Assembly (NCBI GenBank): GCA_032718475.1
Contig: JAUCBJ010003868.1
Span: forward strand, 1 to 38,165
Length of the DNA stretch: 38,165 nt
Source: Nemertoderma westbladi
Lineage: Eukaryota; Animalia; Xenacoelomorpha
Direction: 5' to 3'
The notes under the pieces are model-generated. The model did no database searches, had not been told where the DNA came from, and saw only the letters and a program-made list of their open reading frames with translations. Each line of letters starts with the position of its first letter. The first letter of the stretch is position 1. The translations under genes were made by a program, and so were the position numbers. Positions 12,067 to 23,504 of the stretch are shown here, in pieces.

Positions 12067-12124
12067 GAAGTAACGTCTTGGAGATTCGTCCATGAAAATG
12101 GTCCTTCGAAATAAAGGAAGTGGT

Positions 12125-12345
12125 CTATAACAAAGTTATGCGCTCATGGCATTCCACATGCGTACGGATGAAGGGAAAACAATTATCAAATAGGGACTTA
12201 TTACACTTAAATAAAGTATAATTATCATTATTACGAAGATTGTATCTATGTGAATCACTAGAGGATGTAGGTAAGAGATCTGTTAGGTATGATGGAGCTA
12301 TTCTGTGGACAAGCTTATAACATACTGTATATAGGCCTACTAACT
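12125..12345 (-). mobile_element. CR1-group LINE ORF2 3' fragment
   Basis: YKLVHRIAPSYLTDLLP....HRYNLRN....FKCNKSLFDNCFP matches the YK....P.YL...YNLR...F..SFFP C-terminal pattern of CR1-group ORF2. Confidence 0.7.
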
Positions 12346-12350
12346 GAATA

Positions 12351-14412
12351 GCTCTGCCGTGCAATGTAAAAAGACAGCAAGTCGCATTTTTCCAAAATTC
12401 ACTTTTTCACTTTTTCTGGGTCTAAAAAATGCGCTCTATCTAATGGTATAATCGAGAACACCGTATCTACTCTAGTTCTCGAGATATTCAATGTAGAAAG
12501 GCTGTAAGTCACAACATATGTATATGTTACAATGGTAAAAGACCGTAAATGCAATACAAAAGACCGCAACAACTTAAATTTATGCAAAAAACCGAAGTCA
12601 CAAGACTTGCGGTGTTTTGTCATTGCATAGATAATAAGAAAACGCACATACGGTTTTATTGAAATATGTGTCTTTTGACTTGCGGTTTTTTACTATTAGC
12701 AGAAAAGGCGCGAAATTCAAAATTGAAATTTCACCAAGTGACTTACGTGTTTTATCATCATATTATAGCTCTATGGCTACAGAACAACCTGCCGATTAGT
12801 GAATAGACATTGCAATTATTGCATCCCCAAGTAAACGTGATTACATTTTAATATTTAATTAGGATTATATCCTTATAACGGTAACAGTTTTGTCCTCATA
12901 TAATTTATTGCGTATTGTTGATTGATGATAATAGTAAAATACTAGCACTGACCTATTTCTCTATTAAATTTTTTAATTCTGTATTCTGTATATTTGAACC
13001 CCGATTGGGAACCCAGAGATTTTGGGACTTTTCCTAAAATTTAATGGCCTATCCAATAGAACAAACGCAATTTACATGACTATGTTAGTTTTCGTGCTGT
13101 TGTCCCTTTCTGGCACCAATCTGAAGTATTTTTTATGCTAAATTTTCAAAAGTTTTTATGGCTCACTAAAATAAATTTATTGGCTGCGGTGCATATATCG
13201 GTTTTTTGGATGCTGATCACGAGTATACTGTAGAAGTCAAATTTAACATTCGAGAACATTTTTGGAAATTTTGAATGTGGCCCCTGGGGCACGAAATAAA
13301 CAAGCAGTGCAAATATCATAATAAAAAAGCTTGTAACAAGTGTTGTTTTAATTCCATTAGTCATCTGAGGTCAACCCGCCCTACCATAACTAAGAATCCC
13401 TTTAAGTGCTTTAAAGGCCTGTTTACACGTGGCAACTTTTAGAGCAACTTTCTCGGCAACTAGCAACTTTTTTTGGAGCAACTTAATTTTATCGCTGTTT
13501 ACACGTGGCAACTTTACCAGCAAATTTATCAGCAACTTTGCCGGCAACTTTTAGAGCAACTTGGCTAGTTTGACTGTAAAATAGTGGGTCATTTTATCTA
13601 GTTTTTGATAATTTAATTTGATTATCCCGCTTTAATTCGCCAACGCAAATTCCTTCAAGTTTCCGTAAAAGTTGAGCAACTTTTACGGCAACCTTTTTAC
13701 GTGTTTACACGGAGCAATTTGATCGGAAACCTGGGTTGCTCTACAAGTTGCCGAGAAAGTTGCTCTAAAAGTTGCCACGTGTAAACAGGCCTTAAGCGAG
13801 ATAAAAATGTAAAAAAGTCAATTGTTAAGTCCAGCCAGAGGCTGACAAATTAATAGTCAAAGAGACTACAGTAGATTCTACCGGGCATAAAAATGACATT
13901 GGATATGAAAGAAATCACGGGCCTCAAAAACCACCATAATGAAAATGATAGCTCTGTGGTGTACTTCCTTCATGCCACACGCACACATTTATTAACTTTC
14001 GAGTTATTTACAAATTAAAAACCGCAGGTGGGGGGGGGGGGGTTCACCACCCCCCCCCCCCCCCCCCCCCACCCCCCACAATTTATGCATTAAATTTATA
14101 CAATGCAAAAACACCGCAACTGACAGACTTGCGGTGTTTTGTCATTGTGACATTTGTTTTTGAATTGTATCGAATGTATTTACATTCGGGTTGTACAATG
14201 CAAACACACCGTAAGTACAAAAAACAATCCTATGTATATGTCCTGTGATAAATAATCACGTAGAAAAATTTCCAACCCCAATTGCGTAGGGTTATAAAAA
14301 ATTTGTAATTTATGGACATTTTAAACCAACAATCTGAAGACAAACACTAATTTGCGTTTTACTCGAAATGACTGTTTGTGACTTGCGGTCTTTTTACATT
14401 GCACGGCAGAGC
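12351..14412. mobile_element. Non-autonomous TIR element, TA-flanked
   Basis: TIR GCTCTGCCGTGCAATGTAAAAAGAC[A/C]GCAAGTC at both ends, TA on both flanks; subterminal AAGACCGCAA / GACTTGCGGTGTTTTGTCATTG repeats at 12540-12760 and 14110-14400. Confidence 0.85.
13415..13792. mobile_element. PIF/Harbinger-type MITE nested in the 12351-14412 element
   Basis: 47-bp perfect TIR AGGCCTGTTTACACGTGGCAACTTTTAGAGCAACTTTCTCGGCAACT; TAA TSD (13412-13414, 13793-13795); many internal GCAACTTT repeats. Confidence 0.92.
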
Positions 14413-14479
14413 TAAGGTTAATGATTTAGTTGTTCATGGACAAAAGGAAACTATCCAATTAGTAGACCTATTAGACTGG

Positions 14480-14780
14480 CTGGGTTTGTGGTTAGATTGT
14501 TTAAACGTTAATAAGTCAGTCAATCATGGATGAAATGGAACAAAACCTGGTACGCATGTAGTCTATCAAAAGTTTAGGAATTATACAAACAGACATACTT
14601 ATATAGTTCCTCTGTCTGCCGCTAGGGGGCGAATTGACAGAAACGTAAAAGTAGCTGAAATTATAGAACCGACCATCCGATTCATCTGAAATTTGGTAAC
14701 CTAAGAGCATTGCTTAATTACAAATTCTACACAAACAGACTTTTACAGTTCCTCTGTTTGCCGCTAGGGGGCGAATAGAG
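14480..14780 (+). repeat. Dispersed repeat fragment, related copy at ~19400-19510
   Basis: AACG[T/C]TAATAAGTCAGTCAATCATGGATGAAATGGAAC..A[AC].TGGTAC.CATGTAGTCTATCAAAA is shared with 19420-19510 and resembles 30783-30870; two GCCGCTAGGGGGCGAAT motifs. Confidence 0.7.
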
Positions 14781-15803
14781 CTCCAGTTCATCGTGCCTAG
14801 CACGGTTTAATTGTGCTGGTTTCTTTAGTTTAAACGTTGTTAGGTTACTGTCCATTTCATGACAGTGATGTCAGTATGTCAGGGCTTGGTAAATATGAAG
14901 ACAAAATTATACGGGGGGGGGGGGGGGGGGCATTCGGCCTACCCTCTGTATTTTTGTAATCATCCTATGAAATCATACGAAATTTGGACTGTAGGTGAAA
15001 AAATGATTGATGAACACTTCGATTCAAGATGCTGAATCGAATGCGATTATGATTTGTTACGTTGACCTTTGTAGGTAACAAACCCTCCCTTATGGGTTGA
15101 TATACCCTTATACGGCTGACGGCTATAATGAGATATTGGTTTTGGGTTCTCGAAGTGCATATAGGTATTAATCCCGCAACATTACATTCCCGAAAATTAA
15201 GCGGTATGCTATTTCTCGTGCATCTAAGAAGTGGGCGTGGCGCTTCAAATTTTGAAAAATCTGAGATCCGGAAAATACCAGCTATGTTTTGATGTACCAG
15301 CTATGATTTATAATTTATTTTATGATTTATGTTGGAAAACATATAAAAATAAATTAAAAGATAAAATAAAACATACAAATCGTGCATTCACTATTTTTCT
15401 ATATTGTCAAAGAGACCATTTAACCTAATTGATCATTTCATATTACATTGACATTTGGACATTTCCATTTTAATCAGTCATTTATAATTGCCCGTCTCAT
15501 GCGTTGCACTTAAGTTCATAGAGTAGATTTTTAAATGGGACGCGATATAAATCACTACATTGATACTTTATCACTGTGTAATAGTTTACACTCACATTTG
15601 GTTTATTAATGGACGAGGTACGCATAAAGTAACCCAAAATAAGGGTTACAATCTCTATTAGTAACAGTACACTCACTGACTCATACACAACCTACAGCAC
15701 AAATAGTTTAATAAGACTTTATTATTATTAGACTGAATAAGACTTTATTACATTACTATGGGAGGAGAGCAGTAAAAGATACAAGCAAAATGGGGACAGA
15801 GTA

Positions 15804-16000
15804 AAACGCGGATCCGGATTCTATATTTAACATTGTCCCTACGGAAGTCGATTTTTTTTTACATTTTTAGAACTCCCAAAAGTAAGACTATTCGTGTTCT
15901 ATTGAGTTTAGTTTATTGTTTTGGTTAAAATAACGTGCCACTGTAACCTGGTCCTTTCCCTTAATTCATAATTTTGGAATCCGGATCCGGATCTGCGTTT
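15804..16000. mobile_element. Small MITE-like element
   Basis: AAACGCGGATCCGGATTC at the left and GAATCCGGATCCGGATCTGCGTTT at the right are imperfect inverted repeats; contains the shared 50-bp module. Confidence 0.5.
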
Positions 16001-16229
16001 TACACCTCCCAGCAAAATGGTGTGTTAACAAATAGATTATTATGGCAGATAATAATAGTAGCGCTGCGAGCTGAATCAATCACAATTCCAGAATGAGGAA
16101 TGTGACACGTGACATGGAATAGTGACACTGTCACGGGATAATCAAATAATAAGTGATTAGCGTAGTAATAAATAATTCTGGAACTAAGTGAACCAATTAT
16201 TCTCAGAGTTAGTTCAAAAATAGTTACAA

Positions 16230-16420
16230 CGAAATAACTATTATTATTTATTATGTATATAATATACATGGGAAAAAAAGTAGAACTTTTTTCGCTATTC
16301 TCGAGGCATTTAATTTACCGAGCGCCAACGAGGTTAATAAAGAAAGGGTCGAGGGAATATTGAAAAAAATAATGTTCTACTTTTTTTTCCCCATGTAACA
16401 AATAATTATAATAGTTATTA
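16230..16420. mobile_element. Palindromic non-autonomous element (Crypton-like, tentative)
   Basis: Arms ACATGGGAAAAAAAGTAGAAC / GTTCTACTTTTTTTTCCCCATGT around a central CCGAGCGCCAACGAGG; outer AATAACTATTAT / ATAATAGTTATT. Confidence 0.5.
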
Positions 16421-16681
16421 TAGTTATAATTCAACAAGAGATATTTTCACATTTTCTTATTTTGGTTTTTCACAATGAAAAAATAAAATCAATACCCTTT
16501 CCTTTTTAGAGTAAGGTCCCTTTTTTCTCCCGATTTTGCGGTAGATTCGGGAAATAAAGTAAGTAACAAACAATTTAATAATTTAAACAATTGTAGTTAG
16601 ATTTCAACAACAGTTCAGTTCGCAGCGCTAAATAATAAGTCACCGACGTAATATACTTTGTTACAGACCAAGTTTGTATCT

Positions 16682-16687
16682 TTTATT
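16682..16687 (-). promoter_or_regulatory. Candidate polyadenylation signal of PSMA1
   Basis: AATAAA on the minus strand about 55 nt downstream of the stop codon. Confidence 0.5.
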
Positions 16688-16739
16688 TGTCGTCTATTTG
16701 TGGGCGGATACAAAACTTAATTGCGAATAACCGAAGTCC

Positions 16740-17540
16740 CTAACTGGCCTCAACCTCCATAGACTCGGGGGTCTTGGCCCGTTCCCTTGATGTTTCAGTC
16801 GACGGCGTTCCCCCGGTTTCCGCTTTCAGTTCCGCCAGATAGCTGTCCACACGGTCCCCTTCGTACACCGAGAACCCCATATCGACACCCACTATCGCGA
16901 TAGACACGTTCCTATTGGTCAGCTCCGCCTCCGCCGGCAGTGTGTCCTTCAAGGCCCGCAACCCGTGCTGCACCAGGTCAGGCAGACTCGCCCCGCCTAG
17001 TTCCCCGATATGCCGCTCTAAATAGGTGCGAGCGGACTGACTGCGGGCCCCGATGGCCATCGCTTTGCAGGCGTACTCGATCCCAGAGGGACACGTCTGG
17101 TAGAGACTGACCCCCGCGTGATCCGCACCCGCCAACAGCAGACCGACGCCGTACGGACGGCCTCCGTAACGTTGCGTACGCCGTTGCGCGCGTCGACACA
17201 GATCGCGCACCATGTGCGGCGCCGGCATCGACTCATTGTTGGCGTAGCGGAAGTCCAGACACTCGTTCCTCAGGTAATGGTAGATTATAGGCGCATCGGC
17301 AGTGAGTCCGGCGAACGCGAATCCAACGTGGTCGTCCAGTTGGTAGATCTTCTTTTGGTGTTCCGAGAGCGAGTCCTGGCTGCGTTTTAGAGCAACTAAG
17401 ACAGCGTGCGTAGCGCTGTGAAGGCCAACTACAGCTGAGCCTTGGTTCACCGCTTCCATAGCATATTCCACTTGATGGAGTCTGCCTTGCGGGCTCCAGG
17501 TGGTGACGTCATTGTCGTATTGACCACGAAACATAGCCAT
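16740..17540 (-). CDS. PSMA1: Proteasome subunit alpha type-1 (alpha6), single coding exon
   Basis: 266-aa intact ORF with MFRGQYDNDVTTWSPQGRLHQVEYAMEAV, THAVLVALKR, RPYGVGLL and IGARSQSARTYLERH, diagnostic of PSMA1/Pre5; GC-rich relative to the flanks. Confidence 0.97.
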   Translation of the reverse strand: MAMFRGQYDNDVTTWSPQGRLHQVEYAMEAVNQGSAVVGLHSATHAVLVALKRSQDSLSEHQKKIYQLDDHVGFAFAGLTADAPIIYHYLRNECLDFRYANNESMPAPHMVRDLCRRAQRRTQRYGGRPYGVGLLLAGADHAGVSLYQTCPSGIEYACKAMAIGARSQSARTYLERHIGELGGASLPDLVQHGLRALKDTLPAEAELTNRNVSIAIVGVDMGFSVYEGDRVDSYLAELKAETGGTPSTETSRERAKTPESMEVEAS

Positions 17541-17600
17541 TTTACGGATTACAATGGATTATAGCAGTATAGTGTATAGTACAGTAGTAATGCGCTAGTA

Positions 17601-18079
17601 ACAGGCGCCACTTTTTATAAGGAAAACATAGTGTTATTTTACTTGGCTGACTAGGGTTATTTAATGACTTGTTTTTTGTGATGTTTTCTAGGTACCGGTA
17701 CTTACCATAATTACCATAATTAAAGCAGTAATTTAACCTTAAGTCATGACTCATGGGGCTCTAATCTAAGAAATTTTGTGGAATTTCGGACTTTTTGCTA
17801 TTGGTCCGAAGGGACAATAGCAATGTCATTTTGTCCGAAATTACGCAAAATTTCTTAGATTGCCTCATGACTAGGGTTATGGTTAAATTACTGCACTTTA
17901 ATTATGGTTTGTGCCTGACCAACAAACCCTAACCTAAAAAACAAACCAATATCTCAGTCAGTCAGTCAGTAGGCTACCTACAAAACACCCCAATAAGTAA
18001 TAAACCAAATCATTAAGTAACCCAAGACAGTCAAGTAAAAATAACGCTGTATGTTTTCCCTATAAAACGTGGCGCCTGT
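17601..18079. mobile_element. Foldback/palindromic MITE-like element
   Basis: Outer arms ACAGGCGCCAC.TTTTATA.GGAAAACATA..GTTATTTT ACTTG.CTG / reverse at 18010-18079; inner arms 17713-17800 versus 17818-17908 (ACCATAATTAAAG.CAGTAATTTAACC; AATCTAAGAAATTTTG..AATTTCGGAC). Confidence 0.8.
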
Positions 18080-18231
18080 AGTGTGATAGAGGCCTTTTTA
18101 GTGCCTACAACAGTAATGTATATTCTGTAATATTGTAATCAGGGATGTTAGAAGAACAATTGTTATAAAACTGATTTGTTCTTTGATATAAAAGACCATA
18201 AAATAACATTTTTTTTTTTCAAAATAACATA

Positions 18232-18540
18232 CGAGGAGTATGATGCGGGGGCGTTCCTCACTCCCATCCAACCCTTGTCAATGGAACAAAATAAGCGCAC
18301 GTAGCTGCGTAGAGCAGTAGGAGTAGATTATGGTGCGTTCCTCACTGCCATTCCAATTCCAGCATTGATTCAATTCAACCACTGTCCAATGGAACAAAAT
18401 AAACCCACGTAGAGCTGCAGTAGAGTATGGGGGCGTGGCGTTCCTCACTCCCATCCAACCCTTCTGCCCTTGTCTAAAGGAACAAAATAAGCCCACGTAG
18501 CAACGTAGAGCAGGAGCGTATAGGGCGTTTCTCACTCCGG
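18232..18540 (+). repeat. Degenerate ~90-110-bp tandem repeat, 3-4 copies
   Basis: Recurring GCGTTCCTCACTCCCATCCAACCCTT..GGAACAAAATAAG.CCACGTAG. Confidence 0.75.
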
Positions 18541-18942
18541 GTAGGGTATATTTTCTCAATACTTGTTTGCAGTTTCCTAGTAATTCCATAATAAAAGAAC
18601 AATTCGCTAAAAATATAGAAAAGGTATTTTATTAGGCATATAAAAGATCATAAAAGTAAAAAAGAGTTAAAGAACACTTACAGTATGTAGTAACTGGCGG
18701 TCCAACGAATCTGTACAAAAAAAATACAAAATAGTACAATATAGTACAAAAGAGTACAATAAAGTGCAAAACAAAAGAGTGCCAAAATTGTACAAACGAG
18801 TGAGAAACGCATGCAAAACTTGTATACCAGTCTGAGTGTAGTATACACATTACACTTTGTATAGGGCCTATAAATATTATTAATTGTAAGCAAATGCAAC
18901 GGCACCGAAATATGCATCTAAATAATAATAACTGAATAATAT

Positions 18943-19175
18943 AATAATAATAATAAAACATGTATTTATATAGCGCCTTTATCAAGAAGGTTCAAAGGCG
19001 CTTTGAAAGTATGCACTGCGATACAAATTCCTAAGTAGTTATTGGTAATGACGGGTGAATAGTTTTGTTTTCAGATCAGATTTGAACTTCTTAAGATCAG
19101 TGCAAGTTCTTAGTTCCAATGGTAAGCTGTTAAAAATAACTGGTGCCGCGTATGTGAACGATCGGGCACCATACT
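18943..19175 (-). mobile_element. L2-clade LINE 3' end, split by the P-like element
   Basis: YGARSFTYAAPVIFNSLPLELRTCTDLKKFKSDLKTKLF, 3' stem-loop AGCGCCTTT..AAAGGCGCT then ATATAAAT and a (TTA)n tail; a few upstream codons appear to continue at 21100-21122. Confidence 0.88.
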
Positions 19176-21099
19176 CAAGGCCATCTAAATAACAGGCCAT
19201 GACAAGGACCTAGCCTACACAATTATCGTAGGGTGACTGCTAAAATATCAAATTTTATATTTTCCATGAATGCAGGGTCCATATTTAAAAGAAGATAAGT
19301 AGATTTTCGTAAATTATTTAATTGAAACAGTATTTAATAATTAATTAATTATCGCTTGAGTTCCTGCAGCTTTTGTTTGTTTGTGGCTGCCTCTGGCTAT
19401 GTTTGTGGCAGGAATGTTTGAACGCTAATAAGTCAGTCAATCATGGATGAAATGGAACCAAACTTGGTACACATGTAGTCTATCAAAAATTTAGAAATTC
19501 TACACACAGACAGATCCCATCTTGGCGAAATAATATCCCGCCTCAATGTTAAATTCTCAAATCTCAATTTAGGGAAAGGAGCCAGGTTACAGTGGCACGA
19601 TATTTTAACCAAAACAATAAACTTTGTTTATTATTTGTTTACAATAAACAGTTTTATTTTTGAGAGTAATCAGCTGTTATTTGCGTCCAATTTCCCCTGG
19701 AGAGGGATGAATTTTTATTGCGTCGTTTCCAGAAAAATATATTAATTCCAGTTTTCAGAAAAATATCGGCTGTAAATACAGTTTTATACAAGATGACAAG
19801 GGCCTTACATCCTGTTGTATAAGAAATATAAAAATGTAACACAAAATACAAGACTACCGGCTAATCGGGACGGGAGGAATAACTAAACCTCCCCGACTGT
19901 AGTCCTCCAATAATTACCATGATTATTATTCATAAAATAAGTATCATCGTGGTCTCTTTGAATACTACCTGGTGCCTGGTATTTAATGCCCAATATAAAG
20001 CGCTACATTCAGACATTACTTCATCAATGTCGACTTCCTCAAATTCCAAGTATAAATAAATAACAATAACAAAAAAACATAATTATAAACAGATCGGAGC
20101 TATGCAGCTATCGGTATCTCCGCCCAACACATCCAACTCTCTATCCGCCTCGAGCATCGAGAATACGAGAAACTCGATCAAATACCTGCTTATTATCCCA
20201 GTATCCGTCCGTAGTCGCCGGACCGCTGCGGTTTATTCCCGTAGAACAGTAGAATTCCCACAGCTTCCGACCCAATTCGACAACGAATTCGCCTCACACT
20301 TTCGCGTCGCAGAGAACAGGATAACATAATCCGGGGGATAGGCTACACATCTGCCCAACTTGCCAACGTTCAACCATTTCCCCTAGGCGATCCCAGGCTC
20401 CGAGCCGCCGTTAAACCCAGATAGCAATCCTCGTCGATTCGTCCTGTCGTCGACGTAAGTCGGACTTTTTCCACCCCACCGCACTCCAAGGCAGCAAGGT
20501 CTGAAGGTGGGAGGCCGGAGTGAGGCATGACATGCATGAGGAACTTGGCAGTGGCCCGCATTACGATCCAACCGCCCGCCGAATTCCCAGTGCAGCAGTG
20601 TAGTAAACAGGTAAATAGAATCGTACTAACAAGCAAGCAATTCCGTAGTATTTCTGTATTTATTCCTCCATTAATCACATCTTGTATCTTGAAAATCTTG
20701 ATGCAACTCGGCTGCTCGGGTCCAGATACATCGGACTGTCACACTGTCGGAAGCGTTTCAGGTTCAGACAGTAACTGAACTGAGTAATGGCAGAATGGAG
20801 CGACATTTGTGGATATTTCAGATGGTTTTATAATAAATACTGAAATAAGGGGATTCCATGGATTCAATGTTAAAACAAATGGATCATTCCAAACCCCAAT
20901 ATACTTAACAGCTGAACAGTACGGTATATGGCTTAGGCTGTTACTTAGGCACAGTTTATGGTTTAAGTACCCGTCAGCCCGTACCATAATCAGCACTGTC
21001 AGCCTACGATAATTTTGAAGGCTAGGCTCTAGGCCGCTAGGTCCTTGTCATGGCCTGTTGTTTAGACTGTTAGCAGGTTAGATGGCATGGATGGCCTTG
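19176..21099. mobile_element. P-superfamily-like non-autonomous element
   Basis: CAAGG...CCTTG termini; TIR CAAGGCCATCTAAA.AACAGGCCATGACAAGGACCTAGC (right copy interrupted); 8-bp TSD ACCATACT on the left and ACCATA[GCCTA]CT on the right. Confidence 0.7.
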
Positions 21100-21358
21100 A
21101 CCATAGCCTACTTCTTTAGGTTCATACTTCTTTAGGCAAATAAAGTTGTTTAGATGGCCTTGATACAGTGATAGGCAGATAGCAGATAGGGCCTATGCTA
21201 TGCTGCTATGTGCTATGCAACTTTCGAATGCCCATACACCTGTACCAGACCAGTACACACACATACTGACATACAGAGTGCAGAGTTCTGTTGCTGTACA
21301 GCCATACTGCCATAAGCTGATTGGCCAGTAGGCCTACTACAGTACTACCATCATGACC

Positions 21359-21807
21359 GGGTCCTACGAATTACCCCAAAATACCCCAAAACACCCCAAA
21401 ATACCCCAAAATACTCCAAAATACCCCAAAATAGTCAAAATTTACCCCAAAATACCCCAAAAAGGCTAAAAAATTACCCCAAAATACCCCAAAATAAGCT
21501 AACAATGTTTTTTAACAGCGAGGGAAAGGAGCAGGTTACAGTGGCAAGTTTTTTTAACCAAAACAATAAACGAGAGTGAAGAAAATTTTTTTAATTATTT
21601 TGGGGTAATTCGTCATTTTGCCATATTTTGGGGTAAATTAAATTTCCAAAACAAAGGCTCAAAAAAAAGTATTTTGGGGTAATTCTAAACTATTTTGGGG
21701 TATTTTGGGGTAATTATAAACTATTTTGGGGTATTTTGGGGTAGTTTTATACTATTTTGGGGTCTTTTGGGGTGTTTTGGGGTATTTTGGGGTAATTCGT
21801 AGGACCG
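21359..21807. mobile_element. Foldback-type MITE with 10-bp tandem TIR subunits (MULE/Merlin-like TSD)
   Basis: GGTCCTACGAATTACCCCAAAATACCCCAAAA.. and its exact inverse; (TACCCCAAAA)n arrays; TCATGACC duplicated at 21351-21358 and 21808-21815. Confidence 0.88.
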
Positions 21808-23504
21808 TCATGACCATACCTCAGATAGCAGAGCAGAGCACAGAGGGCCTAGCAGCCTAGGCCCTATTTATTTATCAACTGCTGAACTGACTGACAATGA
21901 TTTCAATAAAAATTACGCGATTCCTAAATTCGTACACAACCCGGTCAGCCGGCTGGCCGGTTAACAGTTAATACAGTAATAAGTACGCATGTGATGGGAG
22001 GGATTCAGGGATTAGTCCTGCAATTGCGCCAATAAAAGTTAAGTTATTTTGGGTAAAATAAACTTATCATTCGAGGTTAAGTGGTTAAGACCCCTAGATC
22101 CCTGGATCCCTTCCTACTGTCCTATAAATGCAGAAATCAGGAAATGTATTCAGTACTGCAGTGGTATTTATTACTGTATTACAGTAAGGCGAAAACCCAC
22201 GATCTAAGCACCAGTAACACTGTAACAGTGCTGCAGTGACCAACAGACAACGGACAAGTGTCAAGTACTAACAGAAACAGACTGTGGACTGAGGTACGGC
22301 AGTACGGTAACGGGTAACGTAATACAGTACAGCAGTAATAGATAACGATTACAGATTACTGGATTAGCAATGTGAAAAAAGGAAAGATAATTAATTATTA
22401 ATATTTCGATTTTCCCTCCATATGTAATATGACATAGTAAAACAAAGTTAGTCGCGGATATCTAAGGGTAAAACTTTTCGATCTACGTGTAGAACGCTTA
22501 GTTACTGGGTAAAACCTTGTAGGTGCTACGTATAGCTTCACGTAGGTGATACCCATAACTATGCCTATACGATGTTTATCATTAGTAGACTTACATATTC
22601 CAAGCGGTTCAGTACTAAAATATGATAAATATGTTCAATAGACATACAGTATGTACAGTGTATACAATACACCCATTAAATGCTTTCAACAGAAATGTCT
22701 CCTATGCCTGTATACTCCCTGTAGTGGCATACGCTAACATATTTTTCACTTCATGTGTTGCACGCGCAATAATGTGTTATTATGTTTGAGTTCAAAAAAT
22801 TATTTACATGGAAATACAGTAGGTCGATGGTTTTATTGGTTTTATCGATTCTCCATTGCCATTTATTGCCTTAATTAACGAGAGGGGAAGGATAAATTTA
22901 ATGTGCTAACCAGTTGACAAGGGGGGTGGATAGACTAATTAATTGTATTCCATGATTGGTTGCAATTGTTTTTTTTTACGAAAAAATTGAAATATATTGA
23001 AATTATATATATTATAATTTAATATATATTATATTATATATTGAAATATTATCAGCTTTCGTTTACCCACTTCAACGGTAGACTGGTAGCTTATACTGTA
23101 GTACTGTAGAATATTTAAGTTATCCAATGGAGACAAAGTGACTTGGTAATATACATGAGTTTTATGTCTAATTTTTATTCATCCTGTGTTTTCTATGTGA
23201 AAGAGCCGAGCAGAATATTATTTATTATAATAACTGCTGTAGAGAGATGAGTTACCGATTCTGTTATTCCGTTTGTCTGATAATCAGATACCTGACATAT
23301 ACCGATACTTGTCTAACAACTCAACCCTACCGGACCTGAAATGAGAAATCTTTGTCATCAGAACAGCTACGCATAGCTCCTACGCGTAGCACCTACGCGA
23401 ATGATCCAGTTGCGGGTCCTATAGACAGCAATGGCTGATCCTATAGACAGCAATGGCTGATCCTAGAAACTGCAGATCAATAGTCTATGTGATCGGTGGT
23501 ATAC

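Noticed and set aside
14840-15427. Possible TIR pair TTAGGTTA...TAACCTAA
   Set aside because: Only about 8 bp match convincingly; probably TE-derived but boundaries unsupported.
16978-17390. Alternate-frame and antisense ORFs over PSMA1
   Set aside because: Shadows of a GC-rich CDS with no motifs.
18632-18985. Hydrophobic 117-aa ORF as a membrane protein
   Set aside because: Starts in the L2 (TTA)n tail and continues through T-rich low-complexity DNA.
21370-21800. TTTTGGGG runs as ciliate-type telomeric repeat
   Set aside because: The unit is 10 bp (TATTTTGGGG), arranged as inverted arms bounded by a TSD.
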